Shown: positions 21,771 through 35,509, counted from the first letter of the stretch. The stretch is 64,000 bases of DNA from Octopus bimaculoides (GCF_001194135.2 NC_068983.1:79256963-79320962); one strand, 5' to 3'. Notes: a model not told the origin generated them from the sequence alone. A program made the numbers and translations.

Positions 21771-24754
21771 AACAACAAACAAGATGAGGACAAATATCTG
21801 TCAAATGTAAATAATGTACATAATTCCTAATCTCTTAAATATAGAACTGTATTAAAGGCATGCATGTCACAAATATTTTATATCCCTTCTCTTAAAGTGG
21901 TAAGTTTTTACTTTTAGTCAAAAGTCACTGATACTGAAAAATTACTTGTGATTTATAGACATCTAATCATGTATGAGAATCACTTAACTAAAACTTGTTA
22001 TTACTGCCTCTCTTGTAAAGTTTCAAGTTAAAATCAAATTAAACATTGTAAGACATGATGAGTTATAGTTAGTTGCAGAAATACATGAATCATTAATATG
22101 CTATGTAATCAATATACATGAATATATTCGTAGTCTTTTGTATTTGTTTTAAGGTTAATTTAATTTCTATAATTTTGTGCTCTTTCATTATCTTAGCTTT
22201 TTATCTTTAGTTTTAAAAAATGATTTCAATAAGTAATTATTATTATCCAATCTTGGCAATGATTTTCTGTGTGATATTTGGAATATTAAAAAATAAGAAT
22301 TAATTAATTTTATCCTAAACATACATAGTTTTCTTTTGTTGTCATTTTCCTGAAAAAGAAAAAAGTAAAATTAATTGAATGTATTCTTTAATATTTTTTA
22401 TGTTGTAGGCAAGTTCATGTATTTAAGTATAAATAAAGATTTCACTATCTCTTTTTGTTAAAATTTCTTTCTATCTCTGTTTAAAATTATTTTGTGTGAA
22501 AGTTTAACAATTTTTATTCTAGAAATATAAACTAGACTAGTAAATAGTTTCCTTTTACACTAAGAGAAAAAAAATCTAAATTTCATTTCCTGAACATTTC
22601 TTCATTGTTTTTAGTTTTTAATTCTCTTTTATATTAATGTCCAACTGCTAGAGGAATCATGAATTTCCAGTATACTTCATGAATAATTCTTAATATTACA
22701 GAAAAAATATCACACTAGTTTTTTTTTTGTTTCATTGTTTGACTATTGATATTAGTTCTAATAGCATGATTATTTTCATAGAGGTTTGCTGTATTTTCTG
22801 TAAGTTTCTACTTATACCCCCTCTTCCCTCGAGAAAAAAAAGCTTGAAGCAAATGTGTTCACTGATTGTAAGATCTTTTACTGAGTGATGATAGATGAAG
22901 GCAGATATTGTTAGCATCAATTTATATGTAAACTGAAGGAAGAATAAAATATGTATGTTATCATTTTTTATTGGCTTACATAATGTAAAGCCACCTGGTA
23001 GATTTTTATCTTCTGGTTTCAAGCAGTTACAGATTGTGAAGTTGGTTGTCAGCCAGATTTTTATGTCTAGCAAACACACCATAGTATAAACATAGCTTAC
23101 ATGAAACATAAAATGTATCTGTAGTTTGTAATGAACACTAAATCCAACTGGTGTTTGTGCTGGTGTAAAACAAAGTATCAAGAAATACATTTAAAAGTAG
23201 CTCATGGACGATGAATCTCGTCTGTCATTTAAAATTGTTATTCAGTATTAATAAAATTGATCACTATCATTTATTGAGGAATTTGAATGAGTTTAGCTAA
23301 ATTGAGTTTGAAACACCCATACCGTAAAGAAAACTAAGATCACAATTTTTAAAAGATAAACCTTCCAGATTTGCTGTCTAGATATGCATACAAATGTCTA
23401 CATTCCATGGTAAATGCGGTAAATACAGTAAGAAAGATTTCAAAAATATGTAATATTTTTAACAGTTCAATTAGAGGTTAAATAAGCCTCATTAAGGGAT
23501 AAAAGCATCCAATGAATTTACTGGTTTCTTACCTGCTGTTTATTTTGAATATTAGTTTTAATAGTTAAAAATAGGTAATTAAATACACTGAGGTTTATAT
23601 TTAGTTAAGAAAAATAAGAAAATAGGGATAATTCAGTTAATAATTATATTTATTAATTACAAGAATATACATAATCCTTGGCAGTTGTTTCGATTCAGAC
23701 TATAGAAATTAATTAAAATAATTAAATCATTATAAAGCTGAATCTTGTTGGAGGTAGAAAAAAGATAGACCATTACATTTTTATGTTTATATGTGTTGAG
23801 TGTATGGAGTGTTTCAGTTAACTGAGTATTGTTTTATAGAAAAATTTGGTATAGACCTTATAAAGCAGGGAAAGGTATTATATTTAGAGAAGTAAATATA
23901 GAAAATAATATAATACGCTTTGGGTAAACATTAAAAGTATAAAGAAAAGTAATATATAGTAATTAACCGTATATTTAAGTATCAAATTAATATAAGGGAA
24001 AATATGTTTATAAAAATTTGAGTAATATAATATATTCTGGGTAATTATATTAATCATTTTAATAATCTATTCTGGGTAATCATTTTTAATAGACACCATG
24101 CAAGATTCATAGATTTCTTTATTTATTTCAAACAACTTTTAAAGAATTGAGAAAAGCAGTTTGGACTTACTATAGATTTATTTTTGTGCAGCCATCTTTA
24201 GTTACTGTCTATTCAATATTGTATAATTCATCCAACTTATATTGTAGAGAAGAATGAATGAGCTGACCTGCTATGATTATCTCATCTTGGTTAACATTTA
24301 ATTCTGCTTTTTATTTCTTTTCTTCTTAAGAAATGAATTGTTTCGAAGAGATTTGGTGGGGGGGGGGGGGGTTCTAGCAGATTGAACAACCACATAGCTT
24401 TCTTGTCATGTTAATTCATGTATGTGTTTCCAGAAAGTGTGCAAAGTAAACAGGTTTCCATAATAAAATGGTAGGAAAATTTTAGAATGTCAAAATTAAA
24501 GAATCTAAAATAACTCTTGTAAATTAGTTAATGCATATGTTCTTATATAGTTTTGTTGTTGTAGAAGAAACAGAAAATTGTAATCAGATATCCCTATATT
24601 TAAGTTTACTTTCTTTAAAAGTCAGTTTATAACTGTATGATAATTAATGGTGAAGTTTTAAAATTATATCTGATAAGTCAGCTGTTTCCTCAGATAATTA
24701 TACTGCCACAAACATTGTCTAAATACACTGTTTTGTAGTGGTATTTTTAAAATC

Positions 24755-25410
24755 TTTTATTTGTTTCAGTCATGCTGGGGCACTGCCTTGAAGAATTTTA
24801 GCCGAGCTTATCAAACTCAGTACTTATCATACTTTTGTGAAGTCTGGTACTTATTTCATTGGTCTTTTTTTACCAAATTGCTAAGTTACAAGAACATAGA
24901 CAAACTGTCACCAGTTGTGAAGCAGTGGGGCAAAACAGTATGCATATTCGTATATATGCGCTGGTGCTATGTAAAAAGCATCTAATCCGCACAGTGAAAT
25001 GGTTGGAATTTGGAAGGACAAAACCATGCAAAAACTGACTTCACCTGTGCTAGAGCCATGTAAGATGCACTCACTCCACTCCATGAGGTAGTTGGTGTTA
25101 GGAAGGGCATCCAGCCATAAAAACCATGCCAAAAAAGACGCAGTAGCCTGGTACAGTTTTCTGCCTTGCTGGCTCCTATCAAATTGTTCAACCCATACCA
25201 GCATGGAAGATGGACGTTAAATGATGATGATATTATATATATATGTATACATGCTTGATGGTTCCATTAACCAAATTCACTCACAAAGCATTGGTTGGCC
25301 CAGGGATATAGCAGAAGCCATTTGCCAAAGGTGCTGTGCAGTGAGACTGAATTCAAAATCAAGTGGTTGCAAAATGAACTTCTTAAACCCCATATCCATG
25401 TACATTAATA
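24755..25410 (-). mobile_element. Family A SINE interrupted by a + strand family C SINE (about 24950-25232)
   Basis: The A tail half lies at 24755-24945 and the A head half at 25240-25410. Between them is a C copy ending 'gcatggaagatggacgttaaatgatgatgat'. Confidence 0.75.
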
Positions 25411-25544
25411 TTCATCTCTACAAGAAATTAGTCAAAAGTAGTAGTAACAAGAGTTGGGAGTAAATTTTAGTTTACACTCTAAGGACTTGCATGGACCTGA
25501 TCTTGCTCATTTCTAGAGTGAGATATTTTTTTATCTTGTGTCAG

Positions 25545-25710
25545 TATTTACACTGTGGCAATGCTGGGGCATTTTCAGTCAAATGTATGGATCCCAGTAC
25601 TTTTTTTTTAAAGTTTGGTACTTATTCTATCAGTCTGTTTCACTAAACTGCTAAATTATGGGGATATAAACACACCATAATTGGTTGTCAAGCAGTGGTG
25701 AGTGGGTCAA

Positions 25711-25762
<52 letters not shown>

Positions 25763-25915
25763 CAGGCCTCTTTCAGTTTCCATCTACCAAACCCACTCGC
25801 AGGGTTTTGGTCCTTGAGGCTATGGTAGAAGATACTTTCCAAAGGTGCCACACAGTGGAATTGTACCTGGAACTATATGGTTGGGAAGCAAGCTTCTTAC
25901 TACACAGCCATGCCT
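25545..25915 (-). mobile_element. Family A SINE
   Basis: (CA)n core and reverse-complement head 'cttcttactacacagccatgcc'. Confidence 0.8.
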
Positions 25916-25987
25916 GAGTGCTTGTTTTATTTCTAATTTTTAATGTAACTTTGATGTATTTGAACTTACAAGTATTATAGATCATGT

Positions 25988-26312
25988 CTAGGAGCGCTCC
26001 ATCGGTAATGACAATGAGGCTCCCAGCTGATATGATCAACGGAACAGCCTGCTCATGAAATTAACGTGCAAGTGACTGAGCAATCCACAGACACGTGTAC
26101 CCCTAATGTAGTTCTCAGGGAGATTCAGCGTGTCACAGTGTGACAAGGCCGGCCATTTGAAATACAGGTACAACTCATATTTGCTTAGCTGAGTGGACTG
26201 AAGCAAAGTGAAATAAAGTGTCTTGCTCAAGGACACGATGCGTTACCGGGAACTGAACACATGACCTTACAATTATGAGCCAAATGCCCTAACCACTAAG
26301 CCACACGCCTTC
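25988..26312 (-). mobile_element. tRNA-headed SINE family D with 9-bp TSD
   Basis: Head 'gaaggcgtgtggcttagtggttagggcatttggctc...' on minus. It is flanked by direct repeat AGATCATGT (25979-25987 and 26313-26321). Confidence 0.8.
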
Positions 26313-26433
26313 AGATCATGTAAAAATAGATCATGTAAAAAATAGATAAATGCATAAAAAAGATTGCTATCTGCTCTGATTGAAAAAAGAATTTGCTGAT
26401 TCTATGATAGGTAAGGACTGTTACTAACTTAAC

Positions 26434-26859
26434 CAGGACCAGATTAAGATCCATCAAGGGCTTAAGCATTTAAAAGATTTTGGCGCCCCCATTAAAGATT
26501 ACATAATTCAAAATATAAACAATAACAAACCATAGAATAGATTTTTATTTTTCAAAAGGAAACAAAACAGTAAGAGGGAAAATAATGTTTATTTTTGTAT
26601 ACTTCCACTTTATTTATATTTGAAAAGTTTCCTCCTACCTTTTTGAATTGCAAAGTCTTTGATCAGATCCTCAAAATTAATTTTAGGTAATGCATCTACA
26701 TCTATAATTAGTAGAGATAAAGGCATCCCGAATATTATTTTAGTGAGTTTGAAGTGATTTCTTTTGTGCCATAAACCATTTACCATTTTTATGGTGCCCC
26801 CTTCTTCCCTTGATGCACTAAGCTCATGCTTATTTTGCTGAATGGTTATTCCAGTGCTG
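26434..26859 (-). mobile_element. Non-autonomous hAT element (Tip100/ZMYM1-like) retaining the transposase C-terminus
   Basis: Perfect 8-bp TSD AACTTAAC (26426-26433 and 26860-26867) with CAG...CTG termini. The minus translation 'LSLLIIDVDALPKINFEDLIKDFAIQKGRRKLF' matches hAT C-termini. Confidence 0.88.
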
Positions 26860-27509
26860 AACTTAACAAGCTAGTCTTCTTCAACTGTATAAAGACAAAC
26901 TCAGTACACACATGGAAACAGTCATACACTAAACTTTCCTTGTACATAAACAGCGCACAGAATTCTCATAGTTGTTATAATGAACCCTTTAGGCTCCTGG
27001 GTAATCAGTGTACTCGGCCCTATAGTATTTATTTATTGACAGCAAACTATCACATACATAGATCAGCATTTGACCCCTAGACCCAAGGGGTCCATTACAA
27101 CATCCCAGTGTGCCAGTGTGCTAAGACAGAACTGCTTTGAACTACTGAATCAAAGAGGATAAATTTTGAAAAGGTATGTTTTTTAGCAGAACTGTCTTTG
27201 AATTAAAGATTAATTACACATCAGAAATTATTGGAAAGATATTTTTAAAAAGCTTCAGAAATTGTTAGATCAGAATGATATTTGTTATGAGAAATAATAT
27301 TAGAATCTGGGGAGACAAGGTGTTGCTCCAATCTGCATAAAGGGAGCAGTTTGGTTGTGAGGAACATTTAGTTTTAACACTTTGTCCTGAGACTTACACA
27401 AGAGAAGAATATGTAGGAAGGTTACAAAAGTGACAGCTTTTTGACCTTATCTCTTGCCCCTTCACTTCAAGTTCCTTTTTTGTGTAAATCTTTAAAACTT
27501 TATACTTAA

Positions 27510-27551
<42 letters not shown>

Positions 27552-28009
27552 ATTTTTCTATGCACAAACTTAGCTGAAACATTAGAATTTCTTTAACATT
27601 GTAAACCAGCAAGCTTCATTTTATATCCTTTCTTTGTTATGGGGTCTTATTTCATTTTCTCTGATAGAATAAATAAGTTAGTAAATAAATAAATAAAGTG
27701 CTGCCACCTTATTTTTCCATCTGGCTTGTGCCAAATTTAAAAAATGTGAAGAAGACAATGAAAATGAAAGGGAATTGAAATTGCATTGAAAACAACTTTC
27801 TGGTAGTATGCCAATATTCTAAAGCACAAATACTCTTTCTAATTGAAGGTACATATACAGAAACTTTGGTTAGAAATTTTGATTAGGAATGGCTATCCTT
27901 TTAACTTTAGAAATTGATGCTACATTATTCTAAGCTTTTTAATACTCTTTACATAATTAGTGATGCTAGCAGCATATAATAATCACTTCTAGCAGAGGCA
28001 CAAGGCCAG

Positions 28010-28210
28010 AAACATGTAGGGAGAGTTTAGGTGATTATAATCTCCACCTTCACCTAATACTTGACTAGTATTTTATTTTATTGACTCTGAAAAGATAAAA
28101 GGCAAAGTTGACCTTGCTAGGATTTAAACTCTAAATGTAAAGAACCAGAACAAATATCACAAGCCATTTTCTTTGGTATTGAAATGATTCTGCCAATTCA
28201 CTACCATAAT
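28010..28210 (-). mobile_element. Degenerate family B SINE
   Basis: 'gaaaagataaaaggcaaagttgaccttgctaggatttaaactc'. Confidence 0.6.
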
Positions 28211-28929
28211 AACTGCATAAAATGCTGCTTTACATGCGAAATGTTTTACTCTTTATTAATAAGGTGTATTGTGCAGCAATATTGACATTAAATCTTAGTG
28301 GAAAAATCATAGTTTTGTGTAAAGTTCTGTTATTGACATAGCCTAAATCAATGTTTTGCATGAATTTAAACTTAGTTCTCTGTCTGAAATCTATTATTTG
28401 AATATGTTCAGAGAGAGCATCTGAATGTTAAATACTGAAGAATTTCAATGGTAATTACATACATCCATACAACATTTAAACCCTTAGGGCTTTCAGAACT
28501 TCCTATACAAGCTTATATATTAAACTATTCATGCTAACAGAATCAAATAACAGATCAATGGAAATAAAGTATCATTAAAAGTATATAAAATTTTTTCTAA
28601 ACTCCCCCAAAATACCTTATTAAGATAAGACTTCATCTCACAAACATACCACTTCTCTACTTTCTTAACATATTTGAAAGATTCATGTTTGATGTTAAAG
28701 GCTTCCACATCTCACTTTTTCTCTAACAAAGCTTTCACACATTTCTCTTAATAATTGCAAAGCTTTGTCATTTTTATTGAACAGTTTCACCAATCCATCA
28801 TGGCTTTATTTATAACAAACACTAAAACAGATAAGACAGAAGAATGTGGAGATCCTTTTTGATAAAAAAATCTAAACTTGTAAACATCACTTGCAGCTCT
28901 TTGTTGTGATAGACATGAATATATAATAA

Positions 28930-29125
28930 TCTTTTCTACTCTAGGCACAAGGCCCCAAATTTTGGGGGAGGGGGCCAGTCGATCAGATCGACCCCAGTAT
29001 GCAACTGGTAGTTAAAGGATGAAAAGCAAAGTCAACCTCGGTGGAATTTGAACTCATAATGTAAAGACAGATGAAATACAGCTAAATATTTTGCCCAGTG
29101 TGCTAGCGTTTCTGCCTTTCAATAT
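28930..29125 (-). mobile_element. Family B SINE
   Basis: 'cttttctactctaggcacaaggccccaaattttgggggagggggccagtcgatcagatcgaccccag'. Confidence 0.85.
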
Positions 29126-32100
29126 ATAATAATGGGAAAGATAGTAACAGCACATTTAAATTTCATTCATGCACTCATATGTACAGTATTTAGCCAATAG
29201 GAAACTTTAACATTGTGGTTTCACCTACATTAAATAACAACCAAATCTTCCTCATATTACATCATGCTATCTTATAAAAAAAATGTCATGTTAGATAATA
29301 TATTCTTACGCTATGTAGAAAAAGAAAAAGCCACTGTGATAGTCATGGCTGGATTGTATTTGAGCCAACAACATTTAGCCAAAGTAAAGAATTCATGACA
29401 TAATATTACAATATCATAGTAGTATATTGTGTTCATATCTAAAATTTCACTATTTCTGCTACAAATTACAAACCATTCATATTGATATTAGCATTAAACC
29501 AAGGGTTAGAATAACACTACATACGCTGCCTACACTGAGTGAACTGTGCCTTTCTGTAGTACTTATCTACAGTTAGAATCATCGACATTCATGTGCCCTT
29601 GTTTTGAACTTGGTACTGAACTATTGACTATCACCCCACATTTCAAGCTACTGGAACACTTTTCAATTACACAGCACTCTTGCTGCCTATATTAATGAAC
29701 CATGCCTCTCTATAGTACCTGTTAAGAGTTAGGATCATTGATTATCATGTGACTTGGCTTTGAACAGAGTTCAGAGCCAATAATTGCATAACTAACAACA
29801 TTGATTAATAATAAATAGGATGAAATGATTTGTTTTAGTCTGAAATATTTTATTATTTATTAATCTTGATCTCTTTTTATTTCTGATTTGAATTTTGAAT
29901 TGTGATGTGACATCAGAGCAAATGTGATAGAAGTTGCCAGCTGCTATTCCCTCCAACACCTTGCCTTTTTTTCTTTTTTAGTAGTCTGGCTTGAATTTCA
30001 ACATTTGCTGAAACAGCTTCTTATTTAACATGTCGTTGTTTCTCTGAATTATACAAGGAATATTTCTTTTTATATAGTATTTATGAATGGTTTGCTATAA
30101 ATACTGCTTTGTATATTTTGTTTGTATTTACATAGTTGGCTTGGCATTATGTGAAGTAGTTGTAAAGTTTTTAGCTGAGCATTCATAGATTATATTTGAA
30201 AGAAAATGGATTATGCATGGCCACACTTGCAGGAAAATATTGTTACATATTAGTAGCTTACATTAAAGCAACCAATTCAACAGTAACATATTTAGACTCT
30301 GATAAAATTTTATTAGCATACTTGTATGTTGGCAGGCATATTCACATGCATTTACTTGTGTTAGTGAGCTCATACTGATTTCTTACCATATCTGTATTTA
30401 GATTTTCAATAATTGATATTGTTATCTGTATACATTTAATAATTGACTACTATGAATCACACAAGTTCCTCCATATTTGTATGTATAAATTGTATTTCTA
30501 TATGTATGTTTATTTATACACAAATAAGAAACCTGCAGTAACTTGCATTATTATGCATGAGTTCAAATATATACCGAAAATCTCATCTGTGATATTATAT
30601 GCACTGGCAGTTTCTTATCACTCTCTATAGAGACAATCATATCATTATTCATGTGCACACTTAAGTACATTATATGCATAAGTACAGGATTCATAGTGAT
30701 TATGATTTCAAAAGCTAGACTACTGGTCGTTGCTATGGCCAGGTTGTTGTGTATATCTAGGCAGGACAGAATTCTGTTTAGTTTAGTCTGCCTGATTTCA
30801 GAACTTCACACTTGAGTGTTTAGCTATTGAAAGGGCACCTAACTATGAAACTTTTTATTTGACTGTATGAAAATATCCACATTTTTAAAAACCATTCCAT
30901 CTATGGACACATATTGCAGCACATGTCTGTTGAAAACAGATCACTATGTAGTAACATCCTCCTCCTCATCATCATCCATTCATTTTGCATGCTGACAAAG
31001 TTTAGATGAAACATTACTGAGGCATATTTTTGATAGCCAGATGTTCTTTTTGTTAGATATCTTTCTGTTACATGTCTTGGACCCACTGGATCTTGTCGAA
31101 CCATCCAAGCTGTGATGGAATTGAACAGGGACATAAAATGATATGCACATATAAAAATGATATACACATGTGCACGTGCATGCACATACACACGTATATA
31201 TATGTACACACATATATATGAATAAAATAGTTACATCTCTCAGGACACTGCTTATGTTTTACAAGCACTCAACATTTTCTGTCTGCTATAAAACATGTCA
31301 TGTTGTTATGTGCATACATTTAGTGAAATTGTTTCTAGTCTTTCATTTCTAATATGATTAAAGAGTAACCACATATTTATCATTGAATCTGATAATTATA
31401 TTAATTTAGCAATATGCTTTAGACATAGTTATTAATTCTCATTGCTTGGGTCTTTGCTGTTCTTTGTTCTGTTGTTTCATAATTATCAATTTATTTTATT
31501 ACTGCAAATATTTTTCTTGATTCAACATATATCTAACTTCATTTTCCTGTAAGCACTTTTAATTAAAAAGGGAATATTTGGAAGAAGTACTAAAAGCGAT
31601 CAATTATAGTTTTGATTTGTGTAATTTTTCATGTGTAAAAGGTAGTTCAATGAATTAAAAGTATTGCCATCTAGATTTTGACAATAGTAAATCTGGTTTT
31701 CATGTTATTGATTTAGTAATATAGGAAGGTGATATCTTTTTATCATTATTAATTAACCCTGTTAATAGCTATATGTGAAAAGGATGATGATGATGATACC
31801 AAGCTGTCTATATGATATAAAACCTCCCATTTTAATGTACTCATATTCAAACTATAACTTTATCAGAATTTTATTTAAGAAGACATTGTTTCAAACACTA
31901 CTTTAATAATGGTAAAATTTATTTTATTGTTATTAAACAAATCTTAAATTCTTCAGAGTTCTTGATTATTCAGCAAATGTATTACATTGGAAATACATTT
32001 AAGGGTTAACACAAAAATGTTGAATTATGACAAGTTTTTATAATAATATTTGAATTTTCATTTGATATCTTATTGCAATAAATATTTTCACTGACCTAAC

Positions 32101-34934
32101 AAACAATAACAACTTCAAGCTCAGTCTGTAATTCACATTGAAAATATTCAGTTAAAGAGATGGAAGTAACCAGCTTACTGTGCACTTAAGATGTGCTCTA
32201 GGGTTTTCTTTTGTTATATTACTGCTACAATTAATCTTGTGATATTTTTATTCTTCTGACTTTACAGTGATACATTGCTAATTCAGTCTTGGGAAGGCTT
32301 CTAAATCTGAAATGGAAACCTCAGAGATACTTATCGTTTATCTAATCCTGTCTGCATTAGAAACAGGAAACTTCAAAAGATAAAAACTGAGAGATCAGGT
32401 GAAAAGTAAGCGAGAAGGCAAATTTTAAGATAGTGTTTGTTTACATTTATATTTCGTTCATCGCTTTTTAGAAAAAGGTGTTGTGCTTTATTTGAAGCTA
32501 GTTTCAGTTTGCAGTTTATTTCAGTAATTCGTCTTCTCTGACTAGAATACTACTGTTATTGAGTTTGTCAATGAGAGGATGTGAACCTACCTCTAAAAGC
32601 CTAATAAAACACTTGTATGTTATACAGTGGTTTGACTACTTACAGCAATAAAATTTACTTCCTTTAGTTACCTCGTCGTAACTGGGTGGACTGCTTAGTT
32701 GAAACTTACATTTTTTTGTCAAATTCTCAGGTCAACTAAGCTGAAAGGGTAAACCTGGTTTGGTTCATGCACCAGATAGACTTTGTCAACAATAGTGTTT
32801 GTACATTACAATTAAAATATGATAGATGGTGTTTAAAACTCCAGAAGAAATGCTATTTTTTAAGATAAAACTGTTGTAGGAAAGTACATAGCAAAATATA
32901 ATCCACTGCACTTTGCATTTCACTTGATATTGTGAAATGTATGTGATATAACCACATGTTTATAGTCTGGTAGGTAGAGAAATAGATAAATTTCCTATGA
33001 AATTAATGTTGGTAAAGAATTAATTTTCAAGTCAGAGTACTGAACTCAAAACTAAGCTTTTGATCCTTCTTTTATATGTAAATCCTTTTTTGGAATTTGT
33101 AATGTCTTATCCCAATGTGTTTCTATTTCTTGGTTCTCTTTCAATGAAATGAGTTCCTGTAATCCAAGTGATTAAAACTGAACATGAGTTAAACCAAGGT
33201 TTTAGGACTTGGCTGGAATTTTTTTTTTTTTTTTTTGTAGTCCAACAGGTACAGGAAGTGGCCATGTTGAATATAAAAGAAACAAATTCAATATTAATTA
33301 AATGGATGTATTTTTAAAAATCTTTTAGTCAGGATGGAATGAAATTCTCATCACCATTCACAGGGCCTCCCAAATTAATAGGAAGGAGGAAAGAGTGTGT
33401 CTTCAAGCCAGAAACTTAGTTTGAAAGCTTGCAACATAGAAGACTACTAAAGTCAATCAAGATGCCAGGAGATGGTGTTAAACTAAGTGATGGATTTAGT
33501 CTACCACCCATCTAGACCATGGCACAATTTGAACTCAGAACACAAAGGGCCAATGCAAACACCACAAGGCATCTAGTCCAACATTCTTACAATGCTACCA
33601 ATCCCCCATTCAGGAATGGTATCATTTTATCAATCCTTGGAAGGATAGAAAGCTAAATTGACTGTAGCAAGATTTTAACTCAGTGCAGTACAGTATGATG
33701 CTATAGAGGTATTAATGATTGGTTGAATTTTATTTTCAAATAACACTCAGATAATATTCAATTTTGTATTAGAATGAACGTTGCGGTTACACTTAAAATT
33801 AACCAAATTCACATTGATTATGACTAACAACTGGCTTCCAATGACCAGACTATTCATTGATAACCTGTGAAAAAGTAATTATCTAGGTGTTATAATCAGA
33901 CCTAAGTTATGCAGCAGACAGTGCTTGGTGGCTGATAAATGGTTGGTAACTTAACTCTTATGATGACAAAAAAATTCTCTGTAGACCTAAAGTTTAACGG
34001 GGCAGTTCAATACTTCTTGCCATTCTAGATGAATGAGTTAAGTTTGATTACTTAGGTACATTACATTAAATTTGAAATGTATAGACTGAGAAATTGATGA
34101 GCCAAGAAAGGAAGGGATATATATGAGAAGTAACAGAGAAAGCATAAGAGGCAGGCAATTATTGTTGACTGAATCTCATGAAAATTTCAGCTGTAAACTG
34201 CTGATAAAATTTATCTTGCTAGAATTGCTAGGATGTGTTGTGTCTGTACTATCCTGAGTAAATTTACTCGTATAAACTTATTCTTCTATATCAATTTTGT
34301 TAGTAGTTCTAACATTACAAATCATTATATGATTTGCATAACATTTACTGCCAGTTTGTATAATGTCATTTTAATTCAGCTTGTTATTTTATTCACAAAA
34401 TAGAGATATGGAGGTGGTGGGATGTTTGTTGTCACACTATCTGCTAGAAATAGCAGCCAAATCTTCAAGTCATCTGGCTACCACTTTGATATAAATACAT
34501 ACTATGACAGGATAGTACAGCTAAAATTCTTTTGATCATAGGTCTGTTGTATCAGTGTTAAATAACAACAACAATTTTTATTTTCATTTCTAAATATATA
34601 GCTTGCTATAATGTATAGTTAATTTTTATGTGTCCTTTTTAAATTAAGATACTAGGTTGTTAGCGATATGTTTTTTCTTTTATCAATGTCACCAAAAATC
34701 TTTACTGACAGCAGACACAGTGTCTGATATGCTGTAGGGTGACATTTCGTTTATTTGACTGCTTCTAAAGTATATAGCATTTTCTTTTTGTCATTTGCAG
34801 TATTATACATGTTTGTTGGAAACCCCCAGAATCTAGCTAATTAAATTACCTTTCAATTTTGCTAAATATCAGATACTGTTGAAGAAATTTTTTTAAATTT
34901 ACATTTTATGTATGTCTGTCTGTTTGTTTGTATA

Positions 34935-35345
34935 GGTGCAGGCATGGCTGTGTAGTAAAAAGCTTGCTTACCAACCACATGGGTCCAGGTTCAGTCCTAC
35001 TGCATGGCACCTTGGGCAAATGTCTTCTACTATAGTCTCAGGTCGACCAAAGCCTTGTGAGTGGATTTGGTAGACGGAGACTGAAAGAAGCCTGTCGTAT
35101 ATATGACAGGCTATGTATATGTATGTAGTTATGTGTGTGTGTCCATGTTTGTGTTTGTCCCCACCCCCACCATCGCTTGTCAAATGATGCTCATGTGTTT
35201 ATGCCCCTGTAATTTAATGGTTCAGCAAAGGAGGCCAATAGAATAAGTGCTAGGCTTACAAAGAATAAGTCCTGACTAAAATCCTTTAATGTGGTGCTCC
35301 AGAATGGCCACGGTGAAATAACTGAAACAAGTAAAAGAATGAAAG
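34935..35345 (+). mobile_element. Family A SINE
   Basis: Complete head, body and tail homology to 19584-19992. Confidence 0.85.
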
Positions 35346-35509
35346 AATAAGAATGTACCGATGTTGACATGGCTATGTGATTCAGAAGTTTGCTTCCCAA
35401 GTACATATTTTGTGATTCAGTTCCAGTGTATTGGGCAAGTGTTTTCTACTATAGCATTTCAACTATTTTTGTATAGTTGTTGTAATTTTTGCCCCTATTT
35501 ATAAGTGAA

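Larger units (their letters stand above)
21385..21852. mobile_element. Palindromic Penelope-like non-autonomous element with a tRNA-like sequence in the loop
   Basis: Inverted arms of about 185 bp (21394-21581 and 21641-21818). Each arm carries a hammerhead-like motif. The loop contains A box TGGCGTAGTGG and B box GTTCGATTC on the minus strand. Confidence 0.85.

Noticed and set aside
22887-22940. C/D box-like motifs (GTGATGA...CTGA); similar at about 6056-6124
   Set aside because: Spacing is too short or terminal stems are weak, with no recognisable guide. Such motifs are expected by chance.
22732-23190. 152-aa minus-strand ORF, and faintly similar ORFs at 18480-18909
   Set aside because: No recognisable domain. 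The F/L/I/H/T-rich composition is typical of the pyrimidine-rich strand of AT-rich DNA, and the nucleotide matches between them fall in different frames.
33241-33248. 8-nt segment after a strong poly-T/AG acceptor
   Set aside because: The donor (gtacag) is poor, the length is not frame-preserving, and all frames close soon after.
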